From NCBI GenBank assembly GCA_036918135.1, contig JBALDB010000051.1, forward strand, positions 32,001 to 96,000: 64,000 nucleotides of DNA, given 5' to 3'. Source of the stretch: Nostoc sp. (GTDB lineage: Bacteria > Cyanobacteriota > Cyanobacteriia > Cyanobacteriales > Nostocaceae). Made by a program: the position numbers and the translations under genes. Below the pieces are notes generated by a model. That model was given only the letters and a program-made list of their open reading frames with translations. It searched no databases and was not told the DNA's origin. Positions 9,640 through 18,890 of the stretch are shown here, in pieces (position 1 is the first letter of the stretch; each line of letters begins with the position of its first letter).

Positions 9640-10440
9640 ATGGGACAAATCATTACTCAAGTTGATGCTTTCACGAATACACCCTTTGCAGGTAATCCTG
9701 CTGCTGTCTGTGTTTTGCCTACTCCCCAAGATGATGTTTGGATGCAAAATGTGGCGCAGGAAATGAATTTATCTGAGACAGCTTTTTTAGTTAAACAAGA
9801 TGATGGCTTCAATCTGCGTTGGTTTACGCCAACAGTGGAAGTACCACTTTGTGGTCACGCAACTTTAGCTAGTGCCCATGTACTTTGGTCGGAGGGACAT
9901 TTATCATTAAATGAAGTTGCGCGTTTCTACACTAAAAGCGGAGTACTTGTTGCTAAATTACAAGGTGAGTGGATTGAGTTAGATTTTCCCGTGAATCACT
10001 CCAAAGCAACGATCGCTCCTCCACAACTAAACCAAGCTTTGGGTGTACCATACAAATCTGTATTCCAAAATTCACTCGGCTATTTAGTGGAATTAGAATC
10101 TGAAGAATTGGTGCGGCAAATACAGCCCAATTTCCAGCTACTAAAAACATTGCCGATTTCTGATGTGATTGTTACCAGTACTACTCATCCTGATTCGGAA
10201 TACGATTTCGTTTCACGCTTTTTTGCACCAGGATTAGGTATTAATGAAGACCCAGTGACAGGGGCGGCTCATTGTTGTCTTGCTGCCTTTTGGCGCGATC
10301 GCTTGCACAAACAGCAGTTTTTAGCTTATCAAGCTTCCAGTCGCGGTGGTGTGGTGAAGGTGTATTACGATGGGGGCGATAGCGTTTTGCTTGCCGGACA
10401 AGCGATAACTGTTTTGCGAGGCGAATTAACTACTGCTTAA
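9640..10440 (+). CDS. PhzF-family isomerase
   Basis: QVDAFT..PFAGNPAAV, EMNLSETAF, LCGHATLA and EDPVTG motifs. Confidence 0.9.
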   Translation: MGQIITQVDAFTNTPFAGNPAAVCVLPTPQDDVWMQNVAQEMNLSETAFLVKQDDGFNLRWFTPTVEVPLCGHATLASAHVLWSEGHLSLNEVARFYTKSGVLVAKLQGEWIELDFPVNHSKATIAPPQLNQALGVPYKSVFQNSLGYLVELESEELVRQIQPNFQLLKTLPISDVIVTSTTHPDSEYDFVSRFFAPGLGINEDPVTGAAHCCLAAFWRDRLHKQQFLAYQASSRGGVVKVYYDGGDSVLLAGQAITVLRGELTTA

Positions 10441-10447
10441 AGGGGCA

Positions 10448-10912
10448 CTATAAATTAATTGCATCCGGCAAAAACTCAGCATCAAGAACTTGGGCAATGG
10501 AATAAGGACATTCTGCTGGAAAGGTATCTACTGGTAGTTTAGTTTTATTACTAGCAGCTTTTAACCCCCGATTATAGGACTGAGCTAATACTTCTTCTAA
10601 ATAGGACTTGAGGCTGGGACTCTCTTGCAGCAAATCTGTAATTCGGTTGCGTTGCTCGTCAATCGTATTTTGCCAGGAGCCACTTTGCAAACTAGACTGA
10701 TATTGCCATTTGAGCAAATGTTGTAATAATACCTCCAAGCGGCTTTTCAACTCCCGCCGCTCTGAGTGTCCCAAGCTTTCAATCTCCTCAATCACAGCAT
10801 CCCAGTCTACTTGTTCAAATTCTCCAGCACGAATGAGTTGCACAGTCTGTTTTGTCCATGCCACAAAATCTGTTTCATACAATTGGGCTGTGGTTTTTGG
10901 AATTGGGGTCAT
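10448..10912 (-). CDS. DUF29 family protein
   Basis: LYETDFVAW...EEIESLG.SE...LL.HLLKWQYQ...SW..TI.EQR...SPSLK. Confidence 0.9.
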   Translation of the reverse strand: MTPIPKTTAQLYETDFVAWTKQTVQLIRAGEFEQVDWDAVIEEIESLGHSERRELKSRLEVLLQHLLKWQYQSSLQSGSWQNTIDEQRNRITDLLQESPSLKSYLEEVLAQSYNRGLKAASNKTKLPVDTFPAECPYSIAQVLDAEFLPDAINL

Positions 10913-11118
10913 GAATTTTCTGCAATCCCCAGTGAACCAGTTAAATTTGAGATATTTGACTTTATGTTAACGCTAAGCGCTTGTGATTGCTTCTCTACGA
11001 AATGCTCTTACTAGCTTGCTTCCACGTTGCGTAGCGTCCCGCAGGGAAGTGGTGCATTTCACTTCGTTACACTCGCTTCCGACATATCACAAGTAATTTC
11101 CCAGATATGATATTAAAA

Positions 11119-11328
11119 ATGCAAGCTAATGCATTAACAATGCGAGTCGATACATTAATAATGCGAGTCGATGCATTAACAATGCAAGTCGATGCATTAA
11201 TAATGCAAGTCGATGCATTAATAATGCGAGCCGATGCATTAATAATGCGAGCCAATGCATTAACAATGCGAGCCGATGCATTAACAATGCAAGCCAATGC
11301 ATTAACAATGCAGGTTGATGTATTAAAA
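11119..11328. repeat. Tandem array of ten 21-bp units
   Basis: Consensus ATGC(A/G)AG(T/C)C(G/A)ATGCATTAA(C/T)A; no spacers. Confidence 0.95.
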
Positions 11329-11399
11329 TTGCACGTTAATACGAAATCTTAAAACCAGTTGTCACAATATTTAAATAAGCTTATATTTTAGTTTTACAA

Positions 11400-11846
11400 A
11401 TGTTTCCTAAACAGACAAATCATCGAAGTCCTGTCACATCTAGTGACTGGCCAATTGAGCAATTACCTGGACTCAGCCAAGACGAACAATCTCGACTGCA
11501 AAATTGTGGGATTTCCACTACAGTAGCGCTACTTAAACAAGGAAAAACTCCGCAGGCAAGACTGGCGTTAGCAAATAAACTCCAGATTCATCTTCAGTAT
11601 GTAAATAAATGGATGGCTTTAGCTGACTTGGCGCGTATTCCCAGCGTCGGAACGCAATATTGCGGTTTATTGCTTCATGCGGGTATTGGTTCTGTGGCAC
11701 AGTTAGCTCAGACTCCAGCTCACAGATTGCACAGACAGATTTTGCGCTTGCAGGTAGCAACAATCCAGCGGCGAGATTTATGTCCAGCAATTGAGTTAGT
11801 ACAGCAGTGGAGTCAAGAAGCGAAAATGGTGGGGAGTGGTGAGTGA
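11400..11846 (+). CDS. DUF4332 (helix-hairpin-helix) protein
   Basis: IEQLPGL...ADLARIPSVG.QYCGLLLHAGI.SV.QLA. Confidence 0.85.
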   Translation: MFPKQTNHRSPVTSSDWPIEQLPGLSQDEQSRLQNCGISTTVALLKQGKTPQARLALANKLQIHLQYVNKWMALADLARIPSVGTQYCGLLLHAGIGSVAQLAQTPAHRLHRQILRLQVATIQRRDLCPAIELVQQWSQEAKMVGSGE

Positions 11847-12018
11847 TGACTGGCGACTAGTCACTAGTGGGACTTTGTAAAAAACAAATAGGCACAGAGT
11901 TACTCGCAATGCAACTGGGTTGAAGCTTTTTAATCTCCTAATACATGTTGATTTAGTGTTTTAGTTCACTCCAGGTCGCTTGTTACTAACTGTGTATACC
12001 TATTTTCGGAATTGACGA

Positions 12019-12657
12019 TTATGTTCCGGGACGAGAGCGAATATGATCGGGTATATGATGGCGATCGCCTAATATTTCTAACAAAGGACCATTAACGTCA
12101 AATTTAATCATACTTACCGACGCGACCAATATATTCACCCGATAGCGATAGCGTCCCAGATCGATTCCCAGTAAATTGCAAATCATAATCCGAATCGTGG
12201 CTTTATGGGAAACTACTAAAACATTACCTTGGAGATGTTTTTCTTGAATTTCAGCAATTACAGGTATGGAACGGTTAGCAATATCTACCGCAGTTTCTCC
12301 ATTTAGTGGTGCATTCCAAGCGGGTTCTGTCAACCATTTAACATAGTTTTCTGCATAATTCTCTTGGACAAACGATTTACTCTTAGTTTCCCATTCACCG
12401 TAACTACCTTCTTTAAGTCCGTCACGCAACTGCATATCTATACTGATAGCATCACAAAATGGCTTGGCAGTTGCAATTGTGCGCTTCATCGGGCTAACAT
12501 AAACAGCCTCCCACTTCAATTTTTGATAAACATCAGCAAAACTCTCTGCCATCTGCGTCCCTTCAGAAGTCAACTCTGCATCAGTTTCACCGCAGAAATT
12601 ACCACTTTGACTAAAAGTAGTTTCTCCATGTCGCAGTAAATATAAATTGAGTGTCAT
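12019..12657 (-). CDS. Histidine phosphatase (phosphoglycerate mutase) family protein
   Basis: LLRHGET, SPMKR and LVVSH motifs; start taken at MTLNLY (12657) rather than the ORF-track start 12717. Confidence 0.88.
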   Translation of the reverse strand: MTLNLYLLRHGETTFSQSGNFCGETDAELTSEGTQMAESFADVYQKLKWEAVYVSPMKRTIATAKPFCDAISIDMQLRDGLKEGSYGEWETKSKSFVQENYAENYVKWLTEPAWNAPLNGETAVDIANRSIPVIAEIQEKHLQGNVLVVSHKATIRIMICNLLGIDLGRYRYRVNILVASVSMIKFDVNGPLLEILGDRHHIPDHIRSRPGT

Positions 12658-12764
12658 AGCTTGTATCGCGATTGGGATAAAGGAGTTTGTGCAAAAATAA
12701 AATACCATCAATCTCACAATCGAGTCTGTGACACGAGGACAAAGTAATCAACCAAAAAAGTCAA

Positions 12765-12907
12765 TAGACCTCTTGCATGAGGTGTACTGATAATTAATGA
12801 CTAAGGCAGGAGGCAGGAGGCAGAAGGGAAGAGAATTTGACTTGTTTCTTCCATCCATACGGAAGTGAGCGTGTCCGTAAACAGCTTCTTTAAAGAAGAG
12901 GTCACTA
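12765..12907. mobile_element. Degenerate MITE-like element (TAGACCTCTTGCA end)
   Basis: Left end TAGACCTCTTGCAT equals the terminal repeat of the 53825-53925 element; internal (GGCAGGA)n; degenerate right end AAGAGGTCACTA. Confidence 0.45.
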
Positions 12908-13015
12908 CACCCTACACCCTATTCATTGATGACTGTTTACTGAGAAGTTATTATTCACCCCTCTGCTCCTCTGCTGTTTCATCTCCTCATCTTTGTATTC
13001 CCCAATCAACCATCC

Positions 13016-13630
13016 CTAATCTTTCATCAACACTCCATTGAGAAAGATATCAGCTAGTCCTTCGGCCATTTGTTGCATTTCTTGGGGAGAGGCGTTTGGT
13101 TCCATCAAGGTGTTGTTGGAAAAACCTGCGATCGCGAACATTCCTAAAAAAACTTTGGCGACTAGATTGGCATCCATTTGGCGATAAATGCCTTTATCCA
13201 TCGCTGTCTGAAAGAACACTTCCGCAACATCGGTCATTTTGGTAATCACTTCTAATTGAATGCGATCGCGCAAATCAGGATGAAATTGCACTTCCATAAA
13301 ACAAACGCGCATCAAATCAGCATTTTTTTGGAAATTCCACATCCGACGGCGCATCACTTGAGCTACAGCTTTATAGCTGCCCATTTCACTTAATTCTGTG
13401 AGTAAATCCGTTAAAATTTCTACCCATCCACTAGTAGCTACTTCTATCAAAATTGCCTTTTTATTCGGAAAATGGCGAAATAGAGTGCCTTCAGCAACAC
13501 CTGCTGCCTGTGCTAAATCACGGGTGGTAGTGCCATCAAATCCCTGAGAGGCAAACAAGCGTTGTGCTGCCTGTAAAATCCGGGTGCGTGTCTGAGCCTC
13601 TGAAGGTGGGGAAGAATTAAAAACTCGCAT
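13016..13630 (-). CDS. TetR/AcrR family regulator (possibly PfsR-like)
   Basis: RILQAAQRLFASQGFDGTTTRDLAQAAGVAEGTLFRHF TetR helix-turn-helix. Confidence 0.9.
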   Translation of the reverse strand: MRVFNSSPPSEAQTRTRILQAAQRLFASQGFDGTTTRDLAQAAGVAEGTLFRHFPNKKAILIEVATSGWVEILTDLLTELSEMGSYKAVAQVMRRRMWNFQKNADLMRVCFMEVQFHPDLRDRIQLEVITKMTDVAEVFFQTAMDKGIYRQMDANLVAKVFLGMFAIAGFSNNTLMEPNASPQEMQQMAEGLADIFLNGVLMKD

Positions 13631-13782
13631 AACTGTTATGGTGAGATATCCGGAACAGGACTTGTAGCATTAATTGTCTAACGTCAAGTACAAAAAGCCG
13701 AAAAAGCTTAATACAACATTAATGCTCTGTTTGCTAATTAGCCTATTTCTTCGGTAGTGTAACTTTATCTTAACTTTGGCTT

Positions 13783-15444
13783 ATGAACAAACTCACTCGG
13801 TCAATTTTAGATTTGAGGTGGCAGCAAAGATGCGCTCACAGGATAACTTGGATTTTGCAGTTCGTAAAAAAACTATCTGTGACATTCCATTGCCTGTTTA
13901 TTAGCTTGTTGGCTTTGCTCGTCTTTGGGTGGGGATTGCAGCCAGAAATTGCTCTGGCTCAAACTCAAACAATATCTCCTCCAGCCAAAACTCAAATGCC
14001 AGCTGCAAGTTCGATTCAACCATATCTAGATCGAGTCATCGATCAGTTAACTGAGTTTCGCCTAGAGAATAATTTAAAATTTATTGTTTTAGAACGACAT
14101 CAAGCACCTGTAGTTTCTTTTCTTACTTATGCTGATGTCGGTGGTGTGGATGAGCCTGATGGCAAAACTGGTGTAGCTCACTTTCTGGAACATTTGGCAT
14201 TTAAAGGGACGACGCGCATCGGTACAGAAGATTACAAAGCAGAAAAACCCCTACTCGAACGCTTGGAACAGTTGGATGCCCAAATTAGAGCAGCAAAAGC
14301 TGATGGTAAAAAAGATGAAGTAGTGCGGTTAGAAGCTGAGTTTAAACAAGTAGAATCCCAAGCAGGTAAGTTAGTCAAGCAAAATGAACTAGGGCGAATT
14401 GTCGAACAAGCCGGAGGTGTGGGTTTAAATGCTACTACTTCAACTGAAGCTACCCGTTACTTTTACAGCTTTCCTGCTAATAAGTTGGAACTTTGGATGT
14501 CGCTGGAGTCGGAGCGATTTCTCGACCCTGTAATTCGTCGTGAGTTTTATAAAGAAAAAGATGTGATTTTAGAGGAGCGACGGATGCGGGTGGATAATTC
14601 ACCCATTGGCTTGATGTTGGAAAAATTTACTGACGCGGCTTACAAAGTTCATCCTTACAGGCGTCCGGTAATTGGTTATGACAAAGATATCCGTAACTTA
14701 ACCCCAGAAGACGTACAAAAGTTTTTCGATGCTTATTATGTACCAAGTAATTTAGCGATCGCCATTGTCGGAGATGTCAATCCCGCCCAGGTGAAACAAC
14801 TGGCACAAATTTATTTTGGACGCTATCGAGCCAAAGCTAAAGCTACCGAACAAATCCCCGTGGAACCGCGACAACAACAAACACGGGAAGTTTCTTTAGA
14901 ATTACCTGCTCAACCTTTATATTTAGAAGGCTATCACCGTCCCTCAGTTACTCATCCAGATAATGTAGTCTATGAAATCATTGGCAGTTTATTAAGCGAT
15001 GGGCGCACGTCGCGGCTGTATAAGTCTTTGGTAGAAAAGCAGCGTTTGGCGCTCAATGCTCAAGGTTTCAGTGGTTTTCCTGGAGATAAATATTCAAACC
15101 TAATGTTGTTTTATGCTTTGACTGCTCCCGGCCACACGCTTGATGAGTTGGCGGTGGCTTTGCGTCAGGAAATTGACAAATTAAAAACTCAGCCTGTAGC
15201 GGCGGCTGAATTGGAACGGGTGAAAACCCAAGCACGGGCGGATTTATTACGCACCCTGACTTCTAATAGTGGAATGGCTCAACAATTGTTGGAATTTGAA
15301 GTCAAAACTGGCTCTTGGCGAAATTTGTTTAAGCAGTTGGATGAAATTGCGGCGGTAACTCCTAATGATATTCAGCGAGTAGCAAAGGCGACGTTTACGC
15401 CAGAAAATCGCACAATTGGTAAGCTGTTGTCAAAACAAGGATAA
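13783..15444 (+). CDS. M16 family zinc peptidase, catalytic subunit
   Basis: Inverted zincin motif HFLEHLAFKGT, LNATTS, EKDVILEERR; N-terminal signal/TM segment. Confidence 0.92.
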   Translation: MNKLTRSILDLRWQQRCAHRITWILQFVKKLSVTFHCLFISLLALLVFGWGLQPEIALAQTQTISPPAKTQMPAASSIQPYLDRVIDQLTEFRLENNLKFIVLERHQAPVVSFLTYADVGGVDEPDGKTGVAHFLEHLAFKGTTRIGTEDYKAEKPLLERLEQLDAQIRAAKADGKKDEVVRLEAEFKQVESQAGKLVKQNELGRIVEQAGGVGLNATTSTEATRYFYSFPANKLELWMSLESERFLDPVIRREFYKEKDVILEERRMRVDNSPIGLMLEKFTDAAYKVHPYRRPVIGYDKDIRNLTPEDVQKFFDAYYVPSNLAIAIVGDVNPAQVKQLAQIYFGRYRAKAKATEQIPVEPRQQQTREVSLELPAQPLYLEGYHRPSVTHPDNVVYEIIGSLLSDGRTSRLYKSLVEKQRLALNAQGFSGFPGDKYSNLMLFYALTAPGHTLDELAVALRQEIDKLKTQPVAAAELERVKTQARADLLRTLTSNSGMAQQLLEFEVKTGSWRNLFKQLDEIAAVTPNDIQRVAKATFTPENRTIGKLLSKQG

Positions 15445-15450
15445 GGCAAT

Positions 15451-17001
15451 ATGGTAAGAAAGTCTTTTGCTGGCATAAATCCCAAATTTCGCTTCAGAAC
15501 AATTCAAAATCTCAAATCACAAATCCCAAATGGCAAGAGGCTTATTTATGCGTTGGTTGGGGCTTTTGCTTTTTTACTTTTAACTTTTAACTTTTCTGTA
15601 GCGGCGACAGTAGAGGCGAAGCATTATACACAGTTACAGCTACCACCGCTACCTGAGATTAAGATACCCAAGTATGAGCGGTTTGTGCTGCAAAACGGCA
15701 TGGTTGTCTATTTGATGGAAGATCGCGAGTTACCCTTGGTGAAGGGTACGGCGTTGGTAAGGACTGGGAATCGTTTGGAACCCTTAGAAAAAGTCGGTTT
15801 GGCTGGTTTTACAGGCGCGGTGATGCGGACTGGGGGAACTACAAAGCATTCGCCCGATGAACTCAATGAGATATTAGAACAACGGGCGGCGTCGGTGGAA
15901 ACTGGTATTAGTGAAACTGCTGGTAGTGCTAGTTTTGATGCGCTCAGTGAAGATTTAGAAACGGTGTTTGGGCTATTTGCTGAGGTATTGCGATCGCCTG
16001 TATTTGCTCAAGAAAAGCTAGATTTGGCGAAAACCCAAGCTAAGGGTAGTATTGCGCGACGCAATGACGACCCAGGTGGAATTGCTAGTCGAGAATTTCG
16101 CAAGTTGCTGTATGGCAAAGATAGCCCTTATGGTCGCACCACAGAATATGCAACGGTAGATCGAGTTGAGCGTGAGGATTTGCTCAAGTTTTATCAGCAG
16201 TATTTTTCCCCGAATAATATGATTTTGGGGATTGTGGGAGATTTCGACGCCAAGAAAATGCGATCGCTCGTTCAAGCTAAATTTGGCGACTGGAAGCCAA
16301 ACCCCAAAATTGCCAAACCCCAATTACCAGAGGTTTCGCCAGCTAATAGTGGCGGAGTGTTTTTTGTCAATCAGCCGCAACTAACGCAAAGTAGTGTGTT
16401 AATCGGACATTTAGGCGGACAGCTCGACAGTCCAGATTATCCAGCACTGAGTGTATTGAACGATGTGTTGAATGGGTTTGGCGGACGCTTATTTAATGAA
16501 GTGCGATCGCGCCAAGGTATAGCTTATTCTGTATACGGCGTTTGGAGTCCCCGTTACGATTATCCGGGAATGTTCATTGCTGGCGGACAAACGCGATCGG
16601 ATGCTACTGTGCAGTTTGTCCTCGCTTTACAAGCGGAAATTAAGCGCATCCAAGCTCAAACAGTCACACCAAAAGAACTAGCTTTTGCTAAAGAATCTAC
16701 CCTCAACTCCTTTGTATTCAACTTCCAAGACCCCGGTCAAACCTTATCACGATTGATGCAATACGAATATTACGGCTATCCCGCTGATTTCCTGTTTCGC
16801 TATCAAAAAGCTGTTGCTGCTACTACAGCCGCCGATGTGCAACGAGTAGCACGAAAATACCTCAAGCCAGAAAATATCGTGACTTTAGTGGTAGGAAATC
16901 AAACCGCCATTCAACCGCCTTTGACACAGCTAGCTGCACAGGTGACACCAATAGATGTGACGATTCCCAACTCACCACCACAAGCAAAAAAATCTCTCTA
17001 A
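15451..17001 (+). CDS. M16 family peptidase, non-catalytic partner subunit
   Basis: M16 fold motifs (RLFNEVRSRQGIAYSV) without HxxEH; 6 bp downstream of the catalytic subunit. Confidence 0.9.
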   Translation: MVRKSFAGINPKFRFRTIQNLKSQIPNGKRLIYALVGAFAFLLLTFNFSVAATVEAKHYTQLQLPPLPEIKIPKYERFVLQNGMVVYLMEDRELPLVKGTALVRTGNRLEPLEKVGLAGFTGAVMRTGGTTKHSPDELNEILEQRAASVETGISETAGSASFDALSEDLETVFGLFAEVLRSPVFAQEKLDLAKTQAKGSIARRNDDPGGIASREFRKLLYGKDSPYGRTTEYATVDRVEREDLLKFYQQYFSPNNMILGIVGDFDAKKMRSLVQAKFGDWKPNPKIAKPQLPEVSPANSGGVFFVNQPQLTQSSVLIGHLGGQLDSPDYPALSVLNDVLNGFGGRLFNEVRSRQGIAYSVYGVWSPRYDYPGMFIAGGQTRSDATVQFVLALQAEIKRIQAQTVTPKELAFAKESTLNSFVFNFQDPGQTLSRLMQYEYYGYPADFLFRYQKAVAATTAADVQRVARKYLKPENIVTLVVGNQTAIQPPLTQLAAQVTPIDVTIPNSPPQAKKSL

Positions 17002-17547
17002 ATCTTTCTCCTGCGAGGAGAGAGACTTTGAATTTCTAGGAAAGGAAGTGAGATTGTCCGTGGACTTTTCCACATAAGGTGAAAAGTCAGATGGCGTATT
17101 ACCCTTGAAAAAATATTACTATTTATAATAGAAAAATAAAAATTAATATTTTTTTGTAATATATCATCTCTTTCACCATTCCAATAATCGATGAGTTATG
17201 GTGTAACTCCCGTAATGTAGGAAAACCAGTACATTAGAGGCGTTAGACTCCAAATAAAATAATTTTCTTTCATATCAGGAAATGACCGAAGACAAATTGT
17301 AGTAAAAGTAGAAACTAAATCAGGAACCAAAACCTCTGGAGATTCCAGGGGTTTTTTTTTAGATTGCGCTTTTTTATCTGGGAGCGAGCCGAGCAAGACA
17401 CTTCCAGGAAAATTTTAAGTAGGCGATCGCCAACGACAAGCTCCTGCCTCTGTTGAGCATTCGACAATTTTAGCAATCAAGCAGCAAAAATTGTCACAGC
17501 TCCTTAGTCAACTGGAGTAAGCTAAATTTAAGTTTGAGCGACTAGGA

Positions 17548-18201
17548 GTGGAGATGATGTTGTTGGAACTAAAGCGCATCCATGTTCCACCGGGACAAAG
17601 AGTGCTATTGCAAGATGTAACCTGGCAAGAATTAGAAACAATTCTAGAGGAATTAGGGGAACACCGTGCAGCACGAATTGCTTATGACAGGGGAACATTA
17701 GAGATTATGGCACCACTGCCAGAACATGAATATGACAAAGAAATTATCAGCGATTTAGTCAAAGCGCTTCTCGAAGAGTTAAATACTGAGTTCATCAGCC
17801 TTGGTTCTACAACTTTCAAAAACGAAGCAATGGCTCAAGGTATAGAACCCGACCAGTGTTTTTATGTAAAAAATGAATCAAAGGTTCGTGGAAAGAAGCG
17901 GCTGGATTTAACAGTAGACCCTCCTCCAGATTTAGCTCTAGAAATTGATATTACTTCTCGCACTCATCCTAATATTTATCAAGCACTAAAAGTACCTGAA
18001 CTTTGGCGTTTTGAACGAGGAAAGCTCCAAATTAATATTTTGCAAAATGGGCGTTATATAGAGTCTGAGCTAAGTTTAAACTTTCCTTTATTTCCCCTAA
18101 TTGAAGCAATTCCTGAATATCTGAACCAAAGTATAACAGTAGGCAGAAATGCAACACTTAAAGCTTTTCGTGCTTGGGTACAAAAGCAGATACAGCAGTA
18201 A
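17548..18201 (+). CDS. Uma2 family (PD-(D/E)xK) endonuclease-like protein
   Basis: LEIMAPLPEHE...IEPDQCFY...PPPDLALEIDITS...VPELWR. Confidence 0.9.
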   Translation: MEMMLLELKRIHVPPGQRVLLQDVTWQELETILEELGEHRAARIAYDRGTLEIMAPLPEHEYDKEIISDLVKALLEELNTEFISLGSTTFKNEAMAQGIEPDQCFYVKNESKVRGKKRLDLTVDPPPDLALEIDITSRTHPNIYQALKVPELWRFERGKLQINILQNGRYIESELSLNFPLFPLIEAIPEYLNQSITVGRNATLKAFRAWVQKQIQQ

Positions 18202-18220
18202 TGACCTATACTACCATTAT

Positions 18221-18327
18221 TAAATAGGTCAACATTGAAAAACCTAATCTAGAATCTTTCTAATTAGTTTGCTTGACTCCATTTTGCTCGTAATCATATT
18301 TCATGTTTAATTAGGTTGAGCTACTTA
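18221..18327. mobile_element. MITE-like element with TA ends
   Basis: TAAATAGGTCAAC...GTTGAGCTACTTA imperfect terminal inverted repeats, non-coding. Confidence 0.45.
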
Positions 18328-18423
18328 TTCAAAATATAAAAAGTAGGGTAGTACAGTTGTGCTACCCCACAAATTACCTGTATTTTATCCTACGAGAGTT
18401 TCAGGTTTATAAATCCAGATTAA

Positions 18424-18660
18424 TTAGTAATGATTCAAATTAATACCAGCTTCTTTTGCCATTGCTTCTAACCCTTTGATTTCTAGGGATTTGATTGCTT
18501 TAGTAGACAGCTTTAATTTCACCCAGCGATTTCCGCTCTCCCACCAAACACGCTTTACTTGTAGATTAGCGTGCTGAAGGCGTTTATTACGGCGGTGGGA
18601 GTGGGAAACGGAATAAGCGTTATTTGCTTTCTTACCAGTTAGTTCACAGCGACGAGACAT
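18424..18660 (-). CDS. rpmB: 50S ribosomal protein L28
   Basis: [34 protein letters not shown]. Confidence 0.97.
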   Translation of the reverse strand: MSRRCELTGKKANNAYSVSHSHRRNKRLQHANLQVKRVWWESGNRWVKLKLSTKAIKSLEIKGLEAMAKEAGINLNHY

Positions 18661-18723
18661 AGCAACTATCTCCAGATTGTTATTTTAATACAGCCTTTCC
18701 ATTTTAGGACTTAGGCAACAGAA

Positions 18724-18881
18724 GTGGAGAGGGGAGTGGGGAGATGGGGAGATGGGGGAGTGTGGGAAGTGTGGGGAGAGAGGGGGGATGGGGGAGTGTG
18801 GGGAGAGAGGGGGGCAAGATTTCTTCTCCATCCTCCCACACCTCCCACACCTCCAAAACCTCCCACACTCTCTGTTTGCCC
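18724..18881. repeat. G-rich/C-rich STRR-type composite repeat, copy A
   Basis: GGGGAGAT and GTGTGGGGA runs, then (CCTCCCACA)n; reverse complement of 27638-27746. Confidence 0.85.
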
Positions 18882-18890
18882 GATTCACCA

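Noticed and set aside
11119..11328. CRISPR array
   Set aside because: Units are contiguous with no unique spacers, and no cas genes are in the window
17190..17420. Possible degraded gene between the M16 pair and Uma2
   Set aside because: The frame has stops and no recognisable family motif
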